The notes: generated by a model from the letters alone, not told the origin. Numbered from the stretch's first letter, positions 9,031-19,907 are shown. The stretch: 58,872 nt of DNA from Anaerofilum sp. (GCA_020024115.1 JAHHUF010000001.1:1-58872); one strand, 5' to 3'. Numbers and translations are program-made.

Positions 9031-9759
9031 GTGAAAACAGTTACATTGACAACTTTATTAAAAGAAAATTCCTACCCTGGCCGTGGCATTGTTTTGGGGC
9101 TTACCCCCAACGCCGACAAAGTGGTCATGGTGTATTTTATTATGGGACGCAGTGCAAACAGCCGCAACCGTGTGTTTGACCCCATCGAGGGTGGTATTCG
9201 CACTATGGCGGCAGACCCCGCAAAGCTGGAAGACCCCAGCCTGATTATCTACAACCCTGTGCGCACTTTGGGCCATTCTCATATTGTAACCAACGGTGAC
9301 CAAACCGATACAATCTATGATTTTATGCAGGCAGGCAAGTCCTTTGAGGACGCTTTGCGCACCCGCACTTTTGAGCCTGATTCTCCCAACTGGACACCCC
9401 GCATTAGTGGATTGGTTGAATGGAAGGAAAACAGCGTTGGTTATAAACTCTCTATTCTGAAAAGTGCAGATGGAAACGGAGAAAGCGCTCGTCGTTATTT
9501 CTTTGAATATCCACAGCCTATTGCAGGGGAAGGGCATTTTATCCACACCTACCAAAAAGATGAAAATCCATTGCCCAGTTTTGAGGGAGAGCCACGAAAG
9601 GTTGAAATTCCTCAGGATGTAACTTCTTTCGCAAACGAAGTTTGGGCAAGCCTGAACTCTGACAACAAAGTCAGTCTGTTTGTGCGCACCATTGATTTGG
9701 CAACAGGAAAAGCAGATGACTGCATTTTCAATGGCTATGACTGTGTTTGTGATGAATAA
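9031..9759 (+). CDS. Stand-alone IMP cyclohydrolase (PurO-like)
   Basis: YPGRGIV, YFIMGRSANSRNR, TNGDQTD, EPD.PN.TPRISG; GTG start with AGGAGG RBS; pur operon context. Confidence 0.88.
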   Translation: MKTVTLTTLLKENSYPGRGIVLGLTPNADKVVMVYFIMGRSANSRNRVFDPIEGGIRTMAADPAKLEDPSLIIYNPVRTLGHSHIVTNGDQTDTIYDFMQAGKSFEDALRTRTFEPDSPNWTPRISGLVEWKENSVGYKLSILKSADGNGESARRYFFEYPQPIAGEGHFIHTYQKDENPLPSFEGEPRKVEIPQDVTSFANEVWASLNSDNKVSLFVRTIDLATGKADDCIFNGYDCVCDE

Positions 9760-9774
9760 GAGAGGAAGAAAACG

Positions 9775-10947
9775 ATGACAGAATTGGAATTGAAATATGG
9801 CTGTAACCCAAACCAAAAACCAGCACGCATTTATATGGAACAAGGAGAACTACCTGTCACTATATTGAGCGGAAAACCCGGATATATCAACTTTTTGGAT
9901 GCTTTAAATAGCTGGCAGCTTGTGAAAGAACTGAAAGAGGCAACCGGTCTGCCTGCCGCTGCCTCTTTCAAACATGTTTCTCCAGCCGGTGCGGCTTTGG
10001 GTTTGCCTTTGGATGAAACATTGGAAAAAATGTATCATGTTGAGGGAATGCAGCTCAGCCCCTTGGCTTGTGCGTATGCCCGTGCAAGAGGTGCCGACCG
10101 CATGAGCAGCTTTGGTGACTGGATTGCATTGAGCGATGTATGCGACGAAAGCACTGCATTGATTATCAAAAAGGAAGTCACCGATGGGGTCATTGCCCCT
10201 GGTTATACCCCCGAAGCATTGGAAATTCTCAAAGCAAAGCGCAAAGGTGCTTATAATGTGGTTCAGATTGACCCAGAGTATGTTCCGGCTGCCATTGAAC
10301 ACAAACAGGTGTTTGGCGTTACCTTTGAGCAAGGCAGAAATGATTTGAAAATCACCGATGAAATGCTGCAAAATCTGGTAACTGACAACAAAACTTTCAC
10401 CGAGGAGCAGAAACGAGACTTGATTTTGTGCCTGATTACCCTCAAATACACCCAGTCCAACAGTGTTTGCTATGCACAGGGCGGACAGATTATCGGTGTT
10501 GGTGCAGGGCAGCAAAGCCGTATTCACTGCACCCGTCTGGCAGGAAACAAAGCCGACATCTGGCAGCTTCGTCACCATCCAAAGGTGCTGGATTTGCCAT
10601 TCCGTGCAGATGTAACCCGCCCCAACCGTGACAATGCAATTGATGTCTATATCAGTGAAGATTATGAGGATGTCATTGGCGACAGTGTATGGAAAGACAC
10701 CTTTACCACTCGCCCAGAACCTTTGACCGCTCAGGAGAAAAAAGAATGGCTTTCTCAGGTAAGCGGTGTTTGCTTGGGCAGCGATGCCTTCTTCCCCTTT
10801 GGGGACAACATTGAGCGTGCGCATCGTAGCGGTGTTACTGCAATTGTGCAGCCGGGAGGCTCGATTCGTGACGACCAGGTAATCGAAACCTGCAACAAAT
10901 ATAATATGGCAATGGCATTTTGCGGATTGCGTTTGTTCCACCATTAA
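9775..10947 (+). CDS. purH: AICAR formyltransferase (PurH transformylase domain only)
   Basis: LKYGCNPNQ, SFKHVSP, SDAFFPF, QPGGSIRD, ends RLFHH; no N-terminal cyclohydrolase domain. Confidence 0.93.
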   Translation: MTELELKYGCNPNQKPARIYMEQGELPVTILSGKPGYINFLDALNSWQLVKELKEATGLPAAASFKHVSPAGAALGLPLDETLEKMYHVEGMQLSPLACAYARARGADRMSSFGDWIALSDVCDESTALIIKKEVTDGVIAPGYTPEALEILKAKRKGAYNVVQIDPEYVPAAIEHKQVFGVTFEQGRNDLKITDEMLQNLVTDNKTFTEEQKRDLILCLITLKYTQSNSVCYAQGGQIIGVGAGQQSRIHCTRLAGNKADIWQLRHHPKVLDLPFRADVTRPNRDNAIDVYISEDYEDVIGDSVWKDTFTTRPEPLTAQEKKEWLSQVSGVCLGSDAFFPFGDNIERAHRSGVTAIVQPGGSIRDDQVIETCNKYNMAMAFCGLRLFHH

Positions 10948-10959
10948 ACAATCAAAATA

Positions 10960-13026
10960 ATGCGGAATAATTGGAAAAAAATCTGCCTTACAGGACTTTT
11001 GGGGACAGAAATTATCGGAATTCTGTATTTTGTACAAAAAGCAGGCGGCAGCGTGCTGGGGTTGCTTTGGTGCTGGGTTTGTGGAATAGCGTTGGTTTAT
11101 GTACCGGGCAAAGCGATTTCTGCTGTTTTTGCTGCAAATAAGGCAGATACAACACAAAAAGCAGTTGCTATTGTTGGTGGAGTATGCTCAGTTGCGTTAG
11201 CAGCGGTGATGGTATCCATGCTGCATTTTTCTGGATTGGTCTGGCTGCCGGCTTTGGTCGGTGGTGCTGTTTTGTGGAAAAAAGGAAAGCTGAAACCATC
11301 TATTAAAAATTTTGACAATCTGCCGCTTTTGGCTTTTTGGGGAGCGACGGCATTGCTGTACAGTATTTATGCCTTGAATTTTTCTCATCCAACAACGGTT
11401 CAAGCAATCACCCCCAATCAGGATTTTTTCTGGAATCTGGGGAATATTCAATCCTTTTTAAATGGCTTTCCTCCTCAAGATTTGCGGTTTGAAGGGGTGA
11501 CGGTTCAATATCATTACTTAACAGAGCTGCTCTATGCCGCATTGACAATGGCAAGCGGTTTGCCTGCCTATGACATTGCCGCCTTTTATGCAGTGTCCTT
11601 GATGCTTGTGGTGGCAATCTATTTCCTGCACCAATTGGCAGAAACACTGTTTTCCAGCAAGCTCCAAAAAGCATTGTGTGTGAGTGGAATGTTTTTGTTT
11701 GGATGTGCAGGAATACACAAATTGCTGGATGCAGGAATCAGCCCTTTTTGGAACAACCAAATTCAGCATATTATTACAAATATCAACGCACAAACCACAA
11801 CCGTCTTGTTGTTGGCATTATTTGTGCTGTTGTACATTCAAACTGCACACAATGGTTTTTCGCCCAAACAGTCGGAGTTTTGGTTTGCGATGATTGCCTT
11901 TGTTTTGCTCTGCTTTGCAAAAGGCCCAGTAGCAGGCATTGTGGCAATGGCAGCAGCCTGCACAGCAGTGGTTTTGCTGGTTTTTCAATTTCTGTCAGCA
12001 AAAAAGACTGAAACCAATTCTATTCATTTGCTATTGTTTGCGGGTGGATTGTTGGCAGTGTTTGGGCTGCTTTACTTCACTTTCTTTTCTGGTGGAGCAT
12101 CTCAAAGTATGCAGATGAATCCGTGGGGCACTTTGGAAAAATCATGGTTTGCCAATTTCATTCATCTTGCAAAGGTCAAAGTACCTCAGTTGTGGTGGCT
12201 GTTTCTTGCTGTGTTTATGGTTTTGCAATGTCTGTGTTTCTGTCCGCCGGCATTTGCAGGGGCTTTGTGGGGATTGCCAAAGGATGTGAAACAGATTGCT
12301 CAAGGTACTATTTCGGCAGAACGATTGCTTTTTTATGCAGGGGCGGCAGGAGGTTTTCTGGCGTTTTTCCTGTTTGACCATTATGCAATGAGTCAGGTCT
12401 ATTTTGGCTTTGTCGGAATGTTTTTTATGGGGCTGCTGGCAATTCAAAACTTGCCCCAAATTCACAATAAAATTCTGCAAACAGGGTTGATTTTGCTTGC
12501 GGTGGTGAGTGTGACAACTGCAGGCTGTACGGGAATCTTTTTGCTGAAAAGCGGTCTGCGCTATCTGCCAGAGGGTGCATGGAACGACCAAGCCCAGCAG
12601 CAGGCAGCAAACCGTTTGCCGCTGTTGGCAGAAGAAGAACGGGCAATGGCGTTTTTGCATGATACAATGACACCTGATGAACTTTTTGCAACCAACCGCA
12701 ACCATACAGGAAGTGCTTTGGAAGGACTTAGCAATGTTTATTCCGCACTTTCGGGCAGAGGTGCTTATATGGAAAGTTTCAAGTACACTGTTTCCAATAT
12801 GGGGGTATCCCTGCAAGAGGTACAAGCACGAGTTGACTGGAATACAGCCTTGTTCCATCAAGATACTACATTGCAGCAAGCCTTGCAGATGTGCCAAGAA
12901 AAAGGTGTACGATATGTGGTATATCGGCAGGATGCCCCGGGAAGTGAACAGCCCTTTTTGCAAATGAATCCAATCTTTGCAGGCGAAAAGATACGAATTT
13001 ACAATGCAGAACAACCCTCTGCATAA
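10960..13026 (+). CDS. Polytopic membrane protein, probable GT-C-fold glycosyltransferase (YYY/DUF2298-like)
   Basis: Many hydrophobic helices; extracellular loop DFFWNL...PPQDLRFEG..VQYHY; soluble C-terminal domain ending GVRYVVY. Confidence 0.6.
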   Translation: MRNNWKKICLTGLLGTEIIGILYFVQKAGGSVLGLLWCWVCGIALVYVPGKAISAVFAANKADTTQKAVAIVGGVCSVALAAVMVSMLHFSGLVWLPALVGGAVLWKKGKLKPSIKNFDNLPLLAFWGATALLYSIYALNFSHPTTVQAITPNQDFFWNLGNIQSFLNGFPPQDLRFEGVTVQYHYLTELLYAALTMASGLPAYDIAAFYAVSLMLVVAIYFLHQLAETLFSSKLQKALCVSGMFLFGCAGIHKLLDAGISPFWNNQIQHIITNINAQTTTVLLLALFVLLYIQTAHNGFSPKQSEFWFAMIAFVLLCFAKGPVAGIVAMAAACTAVVLLVFQFLSAKKTETNSIHLLLFAGGLLAVFGLLYFTFFSGGASQSMQMNPWGTLEKSWFANFIHLAKVKVPQLWWLFLAVFMVLQCLCFCPPAFAGALWGLPKDVKQIAQGTISAERLLFYAGAAGGFLAFFLFDHYAMSQVYFGFVGMFFMGLLAIQNLPQIHNKILQTGLILLAVVSVTTAGCTGIFLLKSGLRYLPEGAWNDQAQQQAANRLPLLAEEERAMAFLHDTMTPDELFATNRNHTGSALEGLSNVYSALSGRGAYMESFKYTVSNMGVSLQEVQARVDWNTALFHQDTTLQQALQMCQEKGVRYVVYRQDAPGSEQPFLQMNPIFAGEKIRIYNAEQPSA

Positions 13027-13050
13027 CAATTAAACAGGGAGGGAATTGAT

Positions 13051-14337
13051 ATGAAAATCCTTGTAGTGGGTGGCGGTGGACGGGAACACGCCATCATCAA
13101 AAAATTAAAACAAAGCCCTAAAGTCACAGAAATATTTGCCGCTCCGGGCAATGGTGGCATTGCACAGGATGCCGTTTGTGTGGACATCAAGGCAACCGAT
13201 ATACAGGGTATTACAGAATTTGCACAAAAAGAGAAGATGGATTTTGTAGTGGTTGCACCTGATGACCCACTGGTATTGGGGATGGTGGATGTTTTGGCAG
13301 AAAAGGGCATCCCAGCCTTTGGCCCTCGCAAAGGAGCAGCACAAATTGAAGGCAGCAAAGTGTTTTCAAAAAATCTTATGAAAAAATATGGTATTCCCAC
13401 AGCAGATTATGCTGTGTTTGAAGATGCCAAAACCGCAATGGAGTATATTCAAAATCGTGGAGAATATCCGGTTGTTATCAAAGCGGATGGTTTGGCACTG
13501 GGAAAAGGTGTGCTGATTTGTGAAACCGAGCAGCAGGCAAAAGATGGCTTGAAAAGCATGATGGAGGACAAAATTTTCGGTCAAAGCGGAACCACTGTTG
13601 TTGTGGAGGAGTTTTTGACAGGGCCAGAAGTCTCAGTTCTCAGCTTTACCGATGGAAAAACCATCAAGCCAATGATTTCCAGTATGGACCATAAGCGAGC
13701 ATTAGACGAAGACGAAGGGCTGAACACTGGAGGCATGGGAACGGTTGCCCCCAATCCATACTATACCCCAGAGGTAGCACAGCAGTGTATGGACAGCATT
13801 TTTCTGCCCACCATTCGTGCAATGGAGCAGGAGGGCTGTCCCTTTACAGGCTGTTTGTATTTTGGTTTAATGCTGACACCAAAAGGCCCAAAAGTGATTG
13901 AGTATAACTGCCGTTTTGGTGACCCCGAAACACAGGTCGTTTTGCCATTGCTGCAAAGCGATTTGATGGATATTATGCAGGCAACCACTAACGGAACATT
14001 GGAGCAAACCGAAGTAGTCTTTTCCAAGGAAAATGCAGCTTGTGTCATTTTGGCAAGCGGTGGTTATCCACAAAAATACCAGACAGGAAAGGTGATTTTC
14101 GGTTTGGCAGAAGGTCAGCTTGCAGATGGCAGTGCTTTGGTATATCATGCAGGTACAAAGCAGACAGAAAACGGTCTGGAAACCGCAGGTGGACGGGTGC
14201 TGGGAATCACCGCTGTTGCACCAAGTTTGCAGCAGGCAGTGGAAAAAGCATATCAGGCAGCAGACCGAATTTCTTTTGAGGGACTGCATCGCCGCAGCGA
14301 TATTGGAAAGCGTGCTTTGGCAGCACATAAACAGTAA
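13051..14337 (+). CDS. purD: Phosphoribosylamine-glycine ligase
   Basis: GGGGREHA, KADGLALGKGV, NTGGMG, EYNCRFGDPE. Confidence 0.97.
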   Translation: MKILVVGGGGREHAIIKKLKQSPKVTEIFAAPGNGGIAQDAVCVDIKATDIQGITEFAQKEKMDFVVVAPDDPLVLGMVDVLAEKGIPAFGPRKGAAQIEGSKVFSKNLMKKYGIPTADYAVFEDAKTAMEYIQNRGEYPVVIKADGLALGKGVLICETEQQAKDGLKSMMEDKIFGQSGTTVVVEEFLTGPEVSVLSFTDGKTIKPMISSMDHKRALDEDEGLNTGGMGTVAPNPYYTPEVAQQCMDSIFLPTIRAMEQEGCPFTGCLYFGLMLTPKGPKVIEYNCRFGDPETQVVLPLLQSDLMDIMQATTNGTLEQTEVVFSKENAACVILASGGYPQKYQTGKVIFGLAEGQLADGSALVYHAGTKQTENGLETAGGRVLGITAVAPSLQQAVEKAYQAADRISFEGLHRRSDIGKRALAAHKQ

Positions 14338-14376
14338 AAAAACTCACAACCAAAATTGGATAAGGAGAGAAAATAC

Positions 14377-17300
14377 ATGGTTTATCGTGTATATGTAGAG
14401 CGAAAAAACGGCTTTGACGGTGAAGCAAAAGCATTGCTGAATGAACTTCACACTTTGCTGGGAATTGACAGCATTACCAATCTGCGGATGCTGAACCGAT
14501 ACGATGTTGAGGGAATTGAAAAAGAACTGTTTGACCGTTGTGTTCCTACTGTATTCAGCGAGCCGCAAACCGATGATGTGGCATACACTTTGCCTCAATG
14601 GGAGGGCAAAATGTTTGCAGTAGAGTTTTTGCCGGGACAGTTTGACCAGCGTGCAGACTCTGCCAGTGAGTGCATCCAGCTCATTAGTCAGGGTGAGCGA
14701 CCTGTTGTCCGCAGTGCAAAGGTGTATCTGCTGCAAGGCGATGTGACAGGAGAACAGTTGGCAGCGGTAAAAAAATATGTTATCAACCCTGTTGAAGCAC
14801 GAGAGGCGGATTTGGCAGAGAAAGACACTCTGATTGTGGAATATCCCATTCCCTCACAGGTGGAAACCTTGACCGGCTTTGTGCAGAAAACACAGGAAGA
14901 ACTGGCGAACTTTGTGCAGGAATACGGTTTGGCAATGGATTTGGACGATATTGCATTTTGTCAGCAATATTTCCAAACCGAACAGCGTGACCCCACCATC
15001 ACCGAAATTCGTATGATTGACACCTACTGGTCTGACCACTGCCGCCACACTACATTTGGAACCATTTTGGATGATGTAGTGATTGAAGATGCTTTGGTAA
15101 AAAAAGCATACGACCAGTATTTGGATTTGCGAAAGGAACTGTATGCAGGCAAAAATAAACCCATCTGCTTGATGGATTTGGCAACCATCGGTGCAAAATA
15201 TCTGAAAAAGACAGGACAACTGAAAAATCTGGACGAATCCGAGGAAATCAATGCTTGTACTGTTAAAATCAAAGTAGATGTGGATGGCGAAGAACAAGAC
15301 TGGCTGTTCCTGTTCAAAAACGAAACCCACAACCACCCCACCGAAATTGAGCCATTCGGCGGTGCCGCAACCTGCATTGGCGGTGCTATCCGTGACCCAT
15401 TGTCTGGGCGCAGCTATGTTTATCAGGCAATGCGTGTGACAGGTGCAGGCGACCCATTGGTTCCTGTTAAAGACACAATGGCAGGCAAGCTGCCCCAGAG
15501 AAAACTGGTTACAACCGCAGCGGCAGGATATTCCAGCTACGGCAACCAGATTGGACTTGCGACCGGTCAGGTGGATGAATTGTATCACAATGGCTATGTA
15601 GCAAAACGCATGGAAATTGGTGCAGTAGTTGGTGCAGCACCTGCGGCAAATGTGCGCCGTGAGGTTCCGGCAGCTGGTGACATTGTGGTGTTGTTGGGCG
15701 GACGCACTGGTCGTGATGGCTGTGGCGGTGCAACCGGTTCTTCCAAAGCACACAAGCTGGAAAGTTTGGAAAGCTGCGGGGCAGAGGTGCAAAAGGGCAA
15801 TGCTCCCATTGAACGCAAATTGCAGCGGTTGTTCCGCAATCCAGAGGCAACCCGTTTGATTAAACGCTGCAACGACTTTGGTGCAGGCGGTGTCAGTGTT
15901 GCGATTGGCGAATTGGCAGATGGTTTGGCAATTGACCTGAATGCTGTTCCCAAAAAATACGATGGTCTGGACGGAACAGAGCTGGCAATTTCCGAAAGTC
16001 AGGAGCGTATGGCAGTTGTACTGGAAGCAAAGGATGTGGATGCTTTTATTCAACTGGCACACAGCGAGAATCTGGAGGCAACCGTTGTTGCAACTGTAAC
16101 CGAACAGCCTCGCTTGACCATGACATGGAATGGAAACACTATTGTAGACATCAGCCGTGAGTTCCTCAACTCAAACGGTGCAGAAAAGCACACAAAAGCC
16201 CACATTGCAAAAGGTGAGCTGTATACTCCAAACTGGCAGGGACAAACTTTGACAGAAAAAATGACCGCATTGGTTTCTGATTTGAATGTTTGCGGCAAAA
16301 AAGGTTTGTCTGAGCGTTTCGACTCCACCATTGGTGCGGCAACTGTTACCATGCCTTTTGGCGGAAAGCATCAACTGACCCCCAATCAGGCAATGGTTGC
16401 AAAACTGCCTGTCAAGGGCGAAACCAAAACCTGTTCTGCAATGGCATGGGGTTATAATCCCTTTATTATGGAAAAAAGCCAGTATCATGGTGCATATTTG
16501 GCGGTGGTCGAAAGTATTGCAAAGCTAGTAGGTGCAGGCTTTGATTATAAAAACGCATACTTGACCTTCCAAGAATACTTTGAGCGATTGGGTAGCCGTC
16601 CAGAGCGTTGGGGCAAGCCACTTTCTGCACTGTTGGGTGCATTGAAAGCACAGTTGGATTTGGGGGTTGGCTCCATTGGCGGCAAAGACTCCATGTCCGG
16701 CAGCTTTGAAAAGCTGGATGTTCCCCCCACTTTGGTGAGCTTTGCTGTTGCAATCGGCAATACTGATAAGGTGCTCAGCCCGGAATTTAAGCAGGCAGAC
16801 AGCAAAGTGATATTGCTCCAGCCTGAAACCGAAGATGGATTGCTTCCAAAAGCGGAAAGTCTGAAAGCCGTCTTTGAACAAGCCTTACAGCTAATGGAGC
16901 AAGGAAAGGTATTGGCAGCAAGCACTCCTGGGTATGGTTGCATTGCAGAGCAGTTGTTTAAAAGCAGTTTGGGCAATGGCATAGGCTTTGCATTGGTAGA
17001 TGGATTCAACACTGACCGCCTGTTTGTACCTGCATACGGCAGTTTGATTTTGGAAGTTGCCAAAGATGTTGAGTTGGGCGAATTGCTTGGATGCACCACA
17101 GCAGAATACAGCTTGAAACTGGGCAGCGAAACAATGGATTTGGCACAGTTACAAGAGGTTTGGGAAAGCAAGCTGGAGCCTGTTTTGCCTTATCGCATTG
17201 AAAAAGGGGAGCAGCAGCCTGTAATTCGCAGCAGCGTGGAAAAACGCACAGCTCCCAAAATCGGCATTGCACGCCCACATGCTTTGATTCCTGTATTCCC

Positions 17301-18072
17301 CGGCACAAACTGCGAGTATGACACCGCCCGTGCTTTGGAGCGTGCCGGTGCCGAGGCGGAAATTTTTGTGGTGAACAACCTGACCCCTGCCGCTGTTGCA
17401 GAAAGCTGTGCTGCCCTCTGCCGCAGCATTGAAAAGAGCCAGATTGTCATGCTGCCGGGTGGATTCTCCGGCGGCGATGAACCAGACGGAAGTGCAAAGT
17501 TTATCACAGCATTTTTCCGTGCTCCTGCGGTTAAAGATGCAGTTCACGATTTGCTGAAAAACCGTGATGGTTTGATGCTGGGCATCTGCAACGGATTTCA
17601 AGCATTGGTAAAACTGGGATTGGTTCCCTTTGGTGAAATTCGTGATATGGACGAAAACTGTCCAACACTCACCTTCAACACCATTGGACGCCATCAAAGT
17701 ATGTTGGTGCAAACACGCATTGCATCCAACAAGTCCCCTTGGTTTAGCCGTATGAATGTAGATGACATTCACACCATTGCAATCAGCCATGGTGAAGGCA
17801 GATTTGTTGCACCAGAAGCAGTGCTGAAACAGCTTGCTGAAAACGGACAAATTGCAGCACAGTATGTAGATTTGCAAGGCAAACCGACAATGGATACCCG
17901 CTTTAATCCAAACGGAAGCTTGTGGGCAATTGAGTCTATCACCAGCCCAGACGGCCGTGTATTGGGCAAAATGGGACACACAGAGCGCAGCGGTGACAAT
18001 CTGTATAAGAATGTACCCGGAAATAAATATCAGCCCTTGTTTGAGGGCGGTGTAGATTACTTTAAATTGTAA
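14377..18072 (+). CDS. purL: FGAM synthase, single-chain large form
   Basis: WSDHCRH, ETHNHPT, GGKDSMS, FPGTNCE, LGICNGFQ, MGHTER; AAGGAG RBS before ATG at 14377. Confidence 0.96.
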   Translation: MVYRVYVERKNGFDGEAKALLNELHTLLGIDSITNLRMLNRYDVEGIEKELFDRCVPTVFSEPQTDDVAYTLPQWEGKMFAVEFLPGQFDQRADSASECIQLISQGERPVVRSAKVYLLQGDVTGEQLAAVKKYVINPVEAREADLAEKDTLIVEYPIPSQVETLTGFVQKTQEELANFVQEYGLAMDLDDIAFCQQYFQTEQRDPTITEIRMIDTYWSDHCRHTTFGTILDDVVIEDALVKKAYDQYLDLRKELYAGKNKPICLMDLATIGAKYLKKTGQLKNLDESEEINACTVKIKVDVDGEEQDWLFLFKNETHNHPTEIEPFGGAATCIGGAIRDPLSGRSYVYQAMRVTGAGDPLVPVKDTMAGKLPQRKLVTTAAAGYSSYGNQIGLATGQVDELYHNGYVAKRMEIGAVVGAAPAANVRREVPAAGDIVVLLGGRTGRDGCGGATGSSKAHKLESLESCGAEVQKGNAPIERKLQRLFRNPEATRLIKRCNDFGAGGVSVAIGELADGLAIDLNAVPKKYDGLDGTELAISESQERMAVVLEAKDVDAFIQLAHSENLEATVVATVTEQPRLTMTWNGNTIVDISREFLNSNGAEKHTKAHIAKGELYTPNWQGQTLTEKMTALVSDLNVCGKKGLSERFDSTIGAATVTMPFGGKHQLTPNQAMVAKLPVKGETKTCSAMAWGYNPFIMEKSQYHGAYLAVVESIAKLVGAGFDYKNAYLTFQEYFERLGSRPERWGKPLSALLGALKAQLDLGVGSIGGKDSMSGSFEKLDVPPTLVSFAVAIGNTDKVLSPEFKQADSKVILLQPETEDGLLPKAESLKAVFEQALQLMEQGKVLAASTPGYGCIAEQLFKSSLGNGIGFALVDGFNTDRLFVPAYGSLILEVAKDVELGELLGCTTAEYSLKLGSETMDLAQLQEVWESKLEPVLPYRIEKGEQQPVIRSSVEKRTAPKIGIARPHALIPVFPGTNCEYDTARALERAGAEAEIFVVNNLTPAAVAESCAALCRSIEKSQIVMLPGGFSGGDEPDGSAKFITAFFRAPAVKDAVHDLLKNRDGLMLGICNGFQALVKLGLVPFGEIRDMDENCPTLTFNTIGRHQSMLVQTRIASNKSPWFSRMNVDDIHTIAISHGEGRFVAPEAVLKQLAENGQIAAQYVDLQGKPTMDTRFNPNGSLWAIESITSPDGRVLGKMGHTERSGDNLYKNVPGNKYQPLFEGGVDYFKL

Positions 18073-18080
18073 TTGACAGC

Positions 18081-18128
18081 CAAAGAAAAACACCTTCAAC
18101 CCATAGTGGTTGAAGGTGTTTTTCTTTG
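18081..18128. terminator. Bidirectional terminator between purL and ABC gene
   Basis: CAAAGAAAAACACCTTCAACC-loop-GGTTGAAGGTGTTTTTCTTTG. Confidence 0.85.
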
Positions 18129-18131
18129 TGA

Positions 18132-19907
18132 TTACATTGGCTGATTTAACGAGGCTGCTGTGTTCCAAAGGTGATAGTAGACACCCTTTTTGTCAAGTAG
18201 TTCCTGATGCGTTCCGCTTTCTTCAATGCCTTCTGCCCCTAAAACCAAAATGCGGTCAGAATTTTGGATGGTAGTCAGGCGGTGTGCAATGGTGAGAGTG
18301 GTTCTGCCAACTGCCAGTTTTTGCAGGCTTTGCCCAACCAATGCTTCACTTTCGTTATCCAGTGCGCTGGTGGCTTCGTCCAAAATCAAAATGGGAGGAT
18401 TTTTCAGAAAGACGCGTGCAATGCTCAAGCGCTGTTTTTGTCCTCCAGATAGTTTGACACCACGCTCACCAACATAGGTATTGTAACCATCTTTTAATTG
18501 CAGAATAAATTCATGTGCACCTGCCATCTTGGCGGCTTCAATCACTTCTTCTTGGGTGGCATCCGGTCTGCCGTATAGAATATTTTCGGTTACAGTGCCG
18601 CTGAACAAATATACATCCTGCTGCACAATACCGATGGATTGACGCAGACTTTTCAAAGTGACATCTTGAATGTCCTGCCCATCAATATAAATATGCCCAT
18701 CTGTGGTATCATAAAAACGGGGAATCAGGTTGCAAAGTGTGGTTTTTCCGCCACCAGAAGGCCCAACCAATGCCAGCTTTTCGCCGGGACGAATGGTGAG
18801 GTTTACATTTGTAAATACTTGGTTGTGGTCATCGGGATATTCAAAGCTGACATTATCAAAGCGGATTTCACCTTCAACTTTGCTCAAATCCTTTGCATCC
18901 GATTTGTCAAAAATTTCGATATCTGAATCCATAATTTCATAAAAACGCTCAATACCAGTCATGCCACGCTGAAATTGCTCTGCAAACTCAATAATACGGC
19001 GAATGGTTGCCAGCAAGGTTGTGACATACAGCATATATGCAACAAAATCGCCTGCTGCAATCCAGCCGTTTACAAGGAACAAACCACCTGCAATCAAAAC
19101 TACAAGATACATCAAACCATCAAACAAGCGTGTTGTTGTGGCAAATGTTGCCATTGCATAGTAGCTTTGTTTTTTGATGTTTAAGAAAGTTTGGTTGTCT
19201 TTTTCAAACTTTTTCTGTTCCATTTCCTCGTTGGCAAAGGCTTTTACAACCCGCTCACCCAACAAGCTGTCCTCAATGCGAGCATTCAGTTCACCAATTT
19301 GTTGCCGCTGATTGCGGAATACAGCACGCAAACGCAGATTTATGGGAATACAGCACAGAATCATCAAAGGGATACAAGCATACAAAATCAAGGTGAGTGC
19401 AACACTGCTTTGGCACAAAATCACAAAAGAAACCACAATTTTGATGCCAGCAATGAAAAATTCCTCGGGGCAATGGTGACTGAATTCTGTCACATCAAAC
19501 AAATCGTTTGTAATTCTGCCCATAATCTGTCCAACTTTGGTGTTGGAATAATAAGTATGACTGAGCTTTTGCAAATGAGCAAATGCGTCCCGCCGCATAT
19601 CAGTTTCAATGTGGCTGCCCATAATATGACCAATGCCCTGCATATAATAGTTTGCAGCAGCATCAATCACACGCAGAATAAAATACAAGCCGCCCAGCCG
19701 CAAAATAGTGCCGACTGTCAGAAGTTGTGCACTGTTCATTGCAGTGTTGGTGATAAAACGCATAATCTGCGGCAATGCCAACTCACAAAGGGTGGTAAGG
19801 CTTGCGCAGAATAAATCAAAAATCAAAATGTGTTTATAGCGACTCATATAGGGCCAAAAGCGTTTTATAAAATGCCCAAAGCCGCTTTTTTGTTTGGTGT
19901 TTTCCAT
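18132..19907 (-). CDS. ABC transporter permease/ATP-binding protein
   Basis: N-terminal TM domain; GPSGGGKT, LSGGQKQR, ILDEAT. Confidence 0.93.
   Translation of the reverse strand: MENTKQKSGFGHFIKRFWPYMSRYKHILIFDLFCASLTTLCELALPQIMRFITNTAMNSAQLLTVGTILRLGGLYFILRVIDAAANYYMQGIGHIMGSHIETDMRRDAFAHLQKLSHTYYSNTKVGQIMGRITNDLFDVTEFSHHCPEEFFIAGIKIVVSFVILCQSSVALTLILYACIPLMILCCIPINLRLRAVFRNQRQQIGELNARIEDSLLGERVVKAFANEEMEQKKFEKDNQTFLNIKKQSYYAMATFATTTRLFDGLMYLVVLIAGGLFLVNGWIAAGDFVAYMLYVTTLLATIRRIIEFAEQFQRGMTGIERFYEIMDSDIEIFDKSDAKDLSKVEGEIRFDNVSFEYPDDHNQVFTNVNLTIRPGEKLALVGPSGGGKTTLCNLIPRFYDTTDGHIYIDGQDIQDVTLKSLRQSIGIVQQDVYLFSGTVTENILYGRPDATQEEVIEAAKMAGAHEFILQLKDGYNTYVGERGVKLSGGQKQRLSIARVFLKNPPILILDEATSALDNESEALVGQSLQKLAVGRTTLTIAHRLTTIQNSDRILVLGAEGIEESGTHQELLDKKGVYYHLWNTAASLNQPM

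Noticed and set aside
5961..18168. Long antisense ORFs over pur genes (e.g. 7185-8474, 9904-11157, 14854-16062)
   Set aside because: Shadow frames of well-conserved genes; no RBS or recognisable motifs
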